A stretch of 63,459 bases of DNA, counting the filler, from an uncultured bacterium (GTDB taxonomy: Bacteria; CAYJOG01): the NCBI GenBank assembly GCA_964371695.1. It is 3 parts of 3 records of this genome, joined end to end, with 100 filler letters (N's around TTAATTAATTAA, not from the genome) between each part and the next. Parts side by side here need not be neighbours in the genome. Positions count along the whole stretch, not along the records: positions 43,392 to 63,459 come from CAYJOG010000005.1; 2 more parts are not named here. One strand, written 5' to 3'. Positions within the stretch are counted from its first letter, which is position 1. Each line of letters begins with the position of its first letter. Position numbers and translations under genes: made by a program. Positions 56,235 through 63,459 of this stretch are shown here, piece by piece. Below the pieces are notes generated by a model, which was not told the DNA's origin, searched no databases, and worked only from the letters and a program-made list of their open reading frames with translations.

Positions 56235-57337
56235 CCCATTCTCATTCCAGTGACCACGCCACGTTTCAGGAGGCCCTCAAAAGAAGCCAGGGCATCTGGG
56301 CTGATCTGCCCGTGCATCCTGGCCGTTACCGCGTGCTGACAGGCGACCGGCCCACCGGCTCGCTGCATCTGGGGCATTATTTTGGCTCGCTTCTGAACCG
56401 GGTCAAAATCCAGAACTTCGGCACGCAGGTTTATATCGTCATCGCCGACTATCAGGTGTTGACTGACCGCGACAGCGTGGAGGCCATCGCAGAGAACGTG
56501 CAGGAACTGGTGCTGGATTATCTGGCGGCGGGCCTGGACCCCATTGCCCACAACACCTGCATTTTTCCCCACAGTCACGTGCCCGCGCTCAACCAGATGC
56601 TGCTGCCTTTTCTCACACTGGTGGGCATGGGCGAGCTGGATCGCAATGCCACGGTGAAAGAAGAAATCAGGGCGGCTGGCCTGGAAGTGGTGAACGCCGC
56701 CATGTACACCTATCCGGTGCATCAGGCGGCGGACATACTTTTTTGCCTGGGCAACGTGGTGCCGGTGGGGCGTGATCAGTTGCCGCATCTGGAGCTTTCG
56801 CGGAAAATCGCCCGGCGGTTCAACCAGCGGTTCTGTCCCGAAGGTCAGCCGCTTTTCCCGGAGCCGGACGCCCTGCTCAGCGACGCCCCCAAAATATTGG
56901 GGCTGGACGGCGGCCAGAAAATGAGCAAAAGCCGGGGCAACGCTGTGGCGCTCAAGGCCACCGAAGATGAAACGGCCAAACTCATCAAGGGGGCGAAGAC
57001 CGACACGGAGCGCCATCTTGCCTATGACCCCGCCGCCCGCCCCGAAGTAAGCAACCTGCTGCTGCTGGTTTCTCTTTGCACGGGAGAAAGCCCGGACTTT
57101 GTGGCCGAGGCCATCAACAGTTCGCCCCAGGGCGGCGCGGGAACACTCAAAAAACGCCTCACCGAAGCACTGAACGAAACCCTGCGGCCCCTGCGGGAAC
57201 GCCGCCGGGAATTTGAAAAAGACCCCGGCCTGGTGCAAAGGGTGCTGGAAAAAGGTACGGCCCAGGCCAATGCCGTGGCCCACGACACGCTCAAAAAAAT
57301 GCGCGAGTTCATGAACATGGGGTATGGCCTGAAATGA
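56231..57337 (+). CDS. trpS: Tryptophanyl-tRNA synthetase
   Basis: LTGDRPTGSLHLGH (HIGH-type), YPVHQAADIL, VPVGRDQLPHLE and KMSKS motifs. Confidence 0.96.
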   Translation: MTHSHSSDHATFQEALKRSQGIWADLPVHPGRYRVLTGDRPTGSLHLGHYFGSLLNRVKIQNFGTQVYIVIADYQVLTDRDSVEAIAENVQELVLDYLAAGLDPIAHNTCIFPHSHVPALNQMLLPFLTLVGMGELDRNATVKEEIRAAGLEVVNAAMYTYPVHQAADILFCLGNVVPVGRDQLPHLELSRKIARRFNQRFCPEGQPLFPEPDALLSDAPKILGLDGGQKMSKSRGNAVALKATEDETAKLIKGAKTDTERHLAYDPAARPEVSNLLLLVSLCTGESPDFVAEAINSSPQGGAGTLKKRLTEALNETLRPLRERRREFEKDPGLVQRVLEKGTAQANAVAHDTLKKMREFMNMGYGLK

Positions 57338-57895
57338 GCCGCAAACCCGCCATCAAACTTTCTTCGTGCCGCGTGGTGGTGGTGGACAACTACGATTCCT
57401 TCACCTACAACCTGGTGCAATATTTTGGTGAGTTCACGCCGCATCTCACCGTGGTGAGAAACGATCAGGTGCTGGCCGGGGACATCGAAAATCTGTCTCC
57501 TACCCATCTGGTCATCAGCCCTGGGCCAGGGAATCCCGATGAAGCGGGCATCAGCAAAGAGGTCATTTTGCGTTATTCCGGTGTTTATCCTTTGCTGGGC
57601 GTGTGCCTGGGGCATCAGTGCATTGGCGAGGTTTTCGGGGGAAGGGTGGGGCTGGCCAAAACTCTCATNNNNNNNNNNGTCCAACCCCATGGAGGCCACC
57701 CGTTATCATTCCCTGGCGGTATCCCGCAAAGGTCTACCCAAAGTTCTGCGGGTGACGGCCCACACCGAAGACGGTGAAATCATGGGCCTGCAACACCTGA
57801 GCCATCCTACGTTTGGCGTACAGTTTCACCCCGAAAGCGTTCTGACCCATCACGGCAAAAAACTCATCAAAAACTTTCTGATGCTTTCGGACTGA
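57334..57895 (+). CDS. trpG: Anthranilate synthase component II / glutamine amidotransferase (spans N gap 57669-57678)
   Basis: [16 protein letters not shown] and GVCLGHQ before the gap; RYHSL and GVQFHPES after it. Confidence 0.92.
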
Positions 57896-59719
57896 TTACA
57901 CCGGCCATTCCAGCATCACCATGGCCTGATCATCCCGTGGTGTGCGGGACTGGCTGAAGCGGATGGTGGTTTCGCTGAGCCGCCGCAAGAGCGCCTCTGC
58001 AGGCAGGTGACCTTCCTGCGCCAGCATGTCTCCCAGGCCTTCTTCTCCCCACCACTCGCCCTGGGGTGAGAACACTTCCGTCAGGCCATCGGTGTGCATG
58101 AGCACCTTCATGCCGGGCACAAGGTGTACGTCCACCGTGACGTTCGTGGGAGGGGCTTTGAGGAACTGGTGCAGGTTGAGCGGCGGCAGCGCCGGGCCGG
58201 GAAGCTGCGAGGGCGGCTCTGACTTTTTCCACACCCAGGGGGGCGGATGTCCGGCCCTGGCGAGTTTGAGCGTATGGCTGGGCAGGTGATAAACCGCGCA
58301 GATGGCCGTGACGTAGTGGCGATCCGGGCTCACGGTGTTTTCAGAGAGAAACGTATCGAGTTGCATGAGGATGCGAGAGGGGTCCGGCGTCTGTCCGCCG
58401 GTGCTCTGCTCGCGCACCGCCGAGGGCAAGGCCCCCTTCAGCGCCATGGTCACCATGGCGGCCCCCGCGCCATGACCGCTCACGTCCGCCATGAAAATCA
58501 CCAGGAAATCTTCTTCCATCAATATGTCGAAAAAATCGCCGCACAGTTCCGAGGCGGGCTGGAAATGGCAAAAGATTTTCAGGGGAGGGGCCTCGATGGC
58601 CAGGGGTGGCAACATGGCCCGCTGCACCTCGCGCCCGGCCATGAGTTCCGCCTGTTTTTCTTCAAGCGAGGTGCGGTGCGAATGATTGGAGAGGTCCAGT
58701 TCCTTCACCAGCGTGGACATGCGGAAAGACACAAGGCTGGCCGCCCCAGCCGCAATACCCACCAGCAGCACCGCCAGCAGGCCAATGCGCCAGCGGGCGC
58801 GCTGCTGCTCGCGTTTCAGGGATTCCAGGCCATAACCCAGCCGCAACAGGCCCACGGGTTTTCCCTTGTGCCAGAGCGACACCGCAATGTCCATCACTTC
58901 GCCGTAGCCCTTCTGGCGAACCGGTGTCACGCGCACCGGCAGGTGGTCCATCACGGCAAGGGCTTTCAGGGCCACAGGGTCCTGGGTGCGGCGTCCTTCC
59001 TGGCGTTTGGCGGCCGCCAGACTTTTACCCTGGCTGGCGTTGAACACCACCTGACCATCGGTGAGCAGCAACTGGCTGTAAAGCACGTGGGATTTGTTTC
59101 GCGAAAAATCAGCCAGCACATTGCCCAGCTCAACCCAGCGGCCTTCCTGCATGGCCTGCGCCCCCTGGCGGGCGATGTCCTGGGCGAAGTCCACCATGGC
59201 CTGCACCTGCAGGTTCTGCTGAGGGTCTCCCAGCACCACACCCAGATACAGGTCTCCCAGCCGGACCTTGTTCTTGCGCAGCCCCAGGCTCTGGCCGCCG
59301 GTCCAGTCCAGCGCAGAACGGACGTAGGACAAATCCCCGGACAACATGTCAGGCGAAAACGTCTTGCCCGTTATTTTGCCCATCAGGTCAAACACCACAC
59401 GGTTGTCGCGGCGGCGCACCAGCAGGGCGTCCTGAATATCCGGGTGTGCCCCCAGCACCTGGGTGAGGGCGTGGCTGATGCGGGAACGTTCATCGAAATA
59501 CAACTGTTTGGCCAGGGACTGGGAAAGGCTTTCTCCCAATAACGCGGTGCGGCTGAGTTGTTGCTCATGGAACTGCCGCCGGTTGTCCCTGTCTTTGTAA
59601 AGGCTGGTGACCAGCACGCTGCTGATGACGCACAGCGCGCCAAAAAACGTATAAAAAAGCAGCAGGCCCTGGGCAGGGCGTCTGGCCAGACGAAACAAGC
59701 CGGAGGAGGGGAGTTTCAT
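57896..59719 (-). CDS. Membrane-bound SpoIIE/RsbU-type PP2C phosphatase with extracytoplasmic sensor region
   Basis: Two TM helices; ELMAGREVQRAMLP, CGDFFD, ADVSGHG, RAGHPPP, HTDGLTE and DDQ motifs. Confidence 0.88.
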   Translation of the reverse strand: MKLPSSGLFRLARRPAQGLLLFYTFFGALCVISSVLVTSLYKDRDNRRQFHEQQLSRTALLGESLSQSLAKQLYFDERSRISHALTQVLGAHPDIQDALLVRRRDNRVVFDLMGKITGKTFSPDMLSGDLSYVRSALDWTGGQSLGLRKNKVRLGDLYLGVVLGDPQQNLQVQAMVDFAQDIARQGAQAMQEGRWVELGNVLADFSRNKSHVLYSQLLLTDGQVVFNASQGKSLAAAKRQEGRRTQDPVALKALAVMDHLPVRVTPVRQKGYGEVMDIAVSLWHKGKPVGLLRLGYGLESLKREQQRARWRIGLLAVLLVGIAAGAASLVSFRMSTLVKELDLSNHSHRTSLEEKQAELMAGREVQRAMLPPLAIEAPPLKIFCHFQPASELCGDFFDILMEEDFLVIFMADVSGHGAGAAMVTMALKGALPSAVREQSTGGQTPDPSRILMQLDTFLSENTVSPDRHYVTAICAVYHLPSHTLKLARAGHPPPWVWKKSEPPSQLPGPALPPLNLHQFLKAPPTNVTVDVHLVPGMKVLMHTDGLTEVFSPQGEWWGEEGLGDMLAQEGHLPAEALLRRLSETTIRFSQSRTPRDDQAMVMLEWPV

Positions 59720-59783
59720 GAGAGGGACGCCAGCATAAAAAGGTTTGTGGGTGGTTGGCAAAGCGGCTGGTTAAACTGTAGCG

Positions 59784-60758
59784 GTGCCAAAGGGTAAAAA
59801 AAGGGGATGGATCGGCTTGCCGGGTGTTCTTTGGCGTGCCGCTGGCCTGGGGTGTGTGGTTTTTGGGTTGGTGGCGCTGGGTTTTGTGGCTAGGGCCAAG
59901 GCGGGTGAGGGGAAAAGTCTACGGGTGACCGTGGGGGTGTATTACGGTTTTGGGGCTACGCAGGACACCGACCTGAAAATGCTTCACCTGGAGCTCCTCA
60001 AACGCCTGGGGGGCAAACTGGGGGTTTCTTATACCCTGCGGGTTTATCGGTCTTTGGATCTTTTTGAAACGGCAGTAAAAAACGAAGAGCTGGATTTTGT
60101 GCAGGCCCCTCTGGGGGGTGCGCGCATGGTGCCTGCGGCCATCAAGGCCGGTTATAAACCGGTGCTTTTGGTAAGTGCGCGCAACCGGCGCACCGACCAG
60201 ATGTGTGTGTTCACCCGCAGCGGAAAAACCCTGTCGAAATGGAAAGACCTGAAAGGCAAAAAGCTTCTGGTTGGCCCCGAAAAAATGGCCTATTTTCTTT
60301 TGCACAAGGAGATGGGAAAGGATCCACGGGCTTTTGTGGAGGAGATGATTCCCGTTTCCAGCGCGTTTTCTGGTTTTTATGGTCTGATGCTGGGGCAGGG
60401 GGACGGGGTGTTCAGCCACCGCGTGGTCTATGACAGCCTCAAGGAGATCAACCCCGGCGCGGTGGCGCGCATCCAGCGGGGGGTGTGTGCCGAGCCGCCG
60501 CTTCCCATGCCCATTCTGCTGGTGCATCCGCGGGTTCCCAAAAAACATCTTGCAGACACCGTGAAACTTGCCCGTCAGGCCGAAAAGGAACCCCTCTTCA
60601 AACCCTACCGCCCGCTCATCAAAAAGTTCCACATCAAGGTGGTGGAGCCGGAAAAAGCTGATTACGAGCCCATGCTGCGCCTGTGGAAAAAAGCTCACGA
60701 AGAAGGCTGGGAAAAACACTACAACACGTGGCGCAAGGCTTTGGCAGCCGGGTCTTGA
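59784..60758 (+). CDS. PhnD/SsuA-like periplasmic substrate-binding protein
   Basis: N-terminal signal/TM, ELDFV, GYKPVL, KDLKGKKL and P.PILLVHPRVP pattern. Confidence 0.65.
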   Translation: MPKGKKRGWIGLPGVLWRAAGLGCVVFGLVALGFVARAKAGEGKSLRVTVGVYYGFGATQDTDLKMLHLELLKRLGGKLGVSYTLRVYRSLDLFETAVKNEELDFVQAPLGGARMVPAAIKAGYKPVLLVSARNRRTDQMCVFTRSGKTLSKWKDLKGKKLLVGPEKMAYFLLHKEMGKDPRAFVEEMIPVSSAFSGFYGLMLGQGDGVFSHRVVYDSLKEINPGAVARIQRGVCAEPPLPMPILLVHPRVPKKHLADTVKLARQAEKEPLFKPYRPLIKKFHIKVVEPEKADYEPMLRLWKKAHEEGWEKHYNTWRKALAAGS

Positions 60759-61111
60759 TACCAATTCTGATCCGAGATGTCATTAAACCACCGAAAGGGT
60801 CGGCTGGCAGGAAGCCTGAATGAAATCAGGAAGAGATGAGAAGAATTGGTATGAATTCATGGATGAATTCGCTTCGAACATCAAGGCCCGGACGCACCAG
60901 GAGGGCGCGTGAAGCCCGCCGAGGGGACAATGTCCCAGAAGACGGTGGTTTCAAAAGTTCAGGAAGAACTTTTGAAACAATCCCAAAAGGCCGCCGATGT
61001 TCGCGGCGCAAGCGGGCTTTGCCTGCGCCGCGCCGGGCCGCAGCCATTCACGACGAATGGCAAGGCCAAATAAAAGATTCCAATTCCTGCTGTCTGGAAT
61101 TGGAATCGGTA
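60759..61111 (+). mobile_element. Composite MITE-like structured element R7 (candidate CsrB/Rsm-like RNA)
   Basis: TGA-TACCAATTC ... GAATTGGTA-TGA (93 bp) ... GAATCGGTA. Homolog of R6 with an extra ~90-bp hairpin cassette related to R1. Confidence 0.72.
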
Positions 61112-61118
61112 TCAGGGG

Positions 61119-63296
61119 CTATCGGGTGGGTGGTTTTTCATGCAGCGGTGTTATTTCGATACCCTGCATCTCCACGGCGGCGGCAGACCGGTTTTCGATT
61201 TCAAGAATGGCCCTGCCGGGTTTTGAAATCTCAAAAGTGGTGTCTCTCAGTTCGTGAGAAAGACGCACATCCTGCGCATGGCCATTCAGTGTCACCGACA
61301 AAAGCGCGTGGGTGGGAAAATTCAGACGCCAGAAAAAGTTGTACGAACCGGCTTTGGAAAAATAAAGGCTGTAGGCCACGCGGGTGTGGTGGCCCAGCGT
61401 GAGGGCGGGCCATTCTCCTGCTGAGCGCGGGGGCAACACGGCAACCAGGCTTTCGTGTCCCCTGGCGTAGTTGGGCGGAAAAAGCCTGTCCAGCGGCCAG
61501 AAACGGAGTTCTTTCTGGCGATGAAAGGCCACCCATGGCCCCATGGAAAAACCCGTCCAGTGCAGGTAGTGGTTGAAATAGTGGTGACCAAAGCGGGTGG
61601 GGTCGGTCTGGGCGTGCTGGATGCGCGGACGGTCGTTGCGCAGCAGAAAACAGGCCCTGGGCGGCTCAAACACAGATGCCTCTGGCGCGCTGTGATAAAA
61701 CACGGCCCCCCGCGCCCGGCAGGCATAATTGCCCCCCATCGGCAGCACCGTTTTTTGGGCCTTGAGGGCAGCGCCGTGATAACCCACCGGCTGGTTGAAC
61801 AGATAAAGCGCCAGGGGCGACTGACTGCCGGGCAGCAGGATTTCTTTGGCTCCCAGGCTGCGCAGCCACGGCCTGAGCCAGGGGGTGAACCCCTGTTTGT
61901 CCACGGTTTGCCTGTCGGCAATGTCTGGATAAACCACCACGGCGCGGCGGCCAGCCCCCTGCAACGCCAGGGCCAGTTGCTCTTTGTCATTGGCCCACAG
62001 GGCGGGCAGACGCGGAGCCACAAAACCCATGGGGGTGCGCTCCAGGCCGGTGTAAATCACCCGTTCAATGTCAAAACGCTTCAGCGTTTGTGCGGCCAGA
62101 CGGTAAGGGACTTCTTCGTGTCTGCGCCAGAGCACCAGTGCCCTGAGCGTGGCGGGCGGGGCAACCAGCGAAGCGGCCAGCAGGCCCACGAGCCCCAAGG
62201 CGGCTGCCTGTAAAAAACGGGGCAAGGGGGCCTTTTCGGCTTTACGCCACAGGGTGTCCAGGCCAAAGGCCACCAAGGCCAGATAGGGCCCCAGGGCGCT
62301 GAGGAAATACCGTATCTGATAAAAACTGTTGACCCGGATGAGCATGGCCAGCACGGCGTAAAGCACCACCAGAATGTAGGCCAGCAGCAGGGTGCCGGTG
62401 TCTTTGTGCTCCCTGCGCCACAAAAACAGGCCCGCCACGCCCGCGCCAAACAGGCCCAGGCAACTCGCGGTATACACACCAAACCAGGGGCCAGCGTAAC
62501 CCCTCATGGCGGGGCCGGTGTGCAGCATCAACAGGGTTTGCCACATGGTGAGAAAAATTTCGCCCAGGTCGCCAGAGGGCACCAGAAAAGGGAACCGCCT
62601 GCTGGGCGCATCCAGCATGGGGTGCAGCCACAACAACAAAAGTGGCAACACGGCCAGCAGCAGCGCACCGGTCAAACCCAGCCACCGGCGGCGCACGGGC
62701 AGGTGGGGCGTGCGCAGGGCCACCACCAGCAGCAGCAGCCATTCCACCGAGAGTTCCAGCAGGCCCAGATAATGCACCCACACCAGCACCATGCCGTTCA
62801 GCGCATAGGCCAGCAGGTCGCGGGAGCGGCCTTCCTGAATGTAAGCCAGCAGGCTGGCCAGCGAAAAAGTGGTGAGGGCCAGCAGTAATGTGTACATGCG
62901 GGCGGTTTGGGCGTAATGCAGAAAAAACAGGGAGCCGCTCAAAAGCCCCGCCGCCAGCAGGCCTGTGCGTACGCCCCCAAGCCGACGGCCCAGCAGAAAA
63001 ATCGCCCAGAGGGCCAATAGCCCAAATATCACACTGGGGACACGGGCCGCAAAGGGGCTTACGCCTGCCACAGCGCTCCAGGCTTTCAGCAGCAGGTGAA
63101 AACCGGGGGGGTGCGGATCGTTTCGCGGCAACTGGCGGAGCATGTCCTGCACCGGCAGTTCGGTAAGGCCCACCTGCACGGCTTCATCAATGCGCAACGG
63201 TTGAAAACCCAACCCCGGCATCACCAGCAGCAGATACCACGCCGCCAGCAACATCAAAAACCATCCTGTTTTTGTGGGCTTCAAGGTGCCTATCAT
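61119..63296 (-). CDS. GT-C family 39 (PMT/ArnT-like) membrane glycosyltransferase
   Basis: LRIDEA, NDPHPPGFHLLL, ARVPSV, YAQTARMY and HYLG motifs followed by many TM helices. Confidence 0.85.
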   Translation of the reverse strand: MIGTLKPTKTGWFLMLLAAWYLLLVMPGLGFQPLRIDEAVQVGLTELPVQDMLRQLPRNDPHPPGFHLLLKAWSAVAGVSPFAARVPSVIFGLLALWAIFLLGRRLGGVRTGLLAAGLLSGSLFFLHYAQTARMYTLLLALTTFSLASLLAYIQEGRSRDLLAYALNGMVLVWVHYLGLLELSVEWLLLLVVALRTPHLPVRRRWLGLTGALLLAVLPLLLLWLHPMLDAPSRRFPFLVPSGDLGEIFLTMWQTLLMLHTGPAMRGYAGPWFGVYTASCLGLFGAGVAGLFLWRREHKDTGTLLLAYILVVLYAVLAMLIRVNSFYQIRYFLSALGPYLALVAFGLDTLWRKAEKAPLPRFLQAAALGLVGLLAASLVAPPATLRALVLWRRHEEVPYRLAAQTLKRFDIERVIYTGLERTPMGFVAPRLPALWANDKEQLALALQGAGRRAVVVYPDIADRQTVDKQGFTPWLRPWLRSLGAKEILLPGSQSPLALYLFNQPVGYHGAALKAQKTVLPMGGNYACRARGAVFYHSAPEASVFEPPRACFLLRNDRPRIQHAQTDPTRFGHHYFNHYLHWTGFSMGPWVAFHRQKELRFWPLDRLFPPNYARGHESLVAVLPPRSAGEWPALTLGHHTRVAYSLYFSKAGSYNFFWRLNFPTHALLSVTLNGHAQDVRLSHELRDTTFEISKPGRAILEIENRSAAAVEMQGIEITPLHEKPPTR

Positions 63297-63459
63297 ACGC
63301 CTTGAGAGGTGCGGAGAAGCCCATCTCGCAGCGGCATGGCAGCAAATGAAAACCCCAAAAACCCGCTTGGCCTAAGCGGGGAAGGAATGCCTGAAATATT
63401 TTGGCGGGATTGTGTGTTGTGGGGTGTGCTGGCCTGTTTCGTGCGTCTGCTGGGGGCCT

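Noticed and set aside
57669-57678. Apparent frameshift in trpG
   Set aside because: It coincides with a 10-N gap that hides the expected HGK-containing segment, so the gap length is nominal.
60836-61402. ORFs over the repeat elements (also 684-1094, 14576-14803, 50639-51163, 44263-44550)
   Set aside because: They lie on palindromic non-coding repeats. Homologous copies do not preserve the reading frame.

Overview
GC-rich bacterial genomic window, probably from a draft or metagenome assembly. It consists of three contigs joined by artificial N-TTAATTAATTAA-N spacers at 21941-22040 and 43292-43391, so adjacency across those points is not evidence of linkage. Most of it is housekeeping and envelope genes: ndk, rlmN, dcd, GH1, GT4, Slt, ubiE/menG, nth, gloB, Fe-ADH, aroA, pilT-like ATPase, MoxR/VWA, two B12 radical SAM proteins, pepA, hemL, mtnB, rmuC, uvrB, trpE-trpS-trpG, a SpoIIE-type phosphatase, a PhnD-like binding protein and three GT-C type membrane proteins. 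The accessory content is a 5'-truncated giant repetitive surface protein (>6,800 aa), a low-GC stand-alone class III nucleotide-cyclase-like gene and a DUF4160/DUF2442 toxin-antitoxin pair. The most unusual signal is non-coding. Seven intergenic MITE-like elements with at least four different terminal inverted repeats share and shuffle the same hairpin modules, show compensatory base changes, and repeatedly display A(N)GGA(N) loops like the CsrA/RsmA-binding sites of CsrB/RsmZ RNAs. Other observations are a TAnnnT box 6-8 nt before the start codon of 11 genes (probable leaderless mRNAs), a bidirectional promoter between rlmN and dcd, and an in-frame TAA that splits a KimA-like transporter from its USP domain. 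No rRNA, tRNA, CRISPR array or transposase was recognised. All calls are made by eye from motifs, with no database searches.
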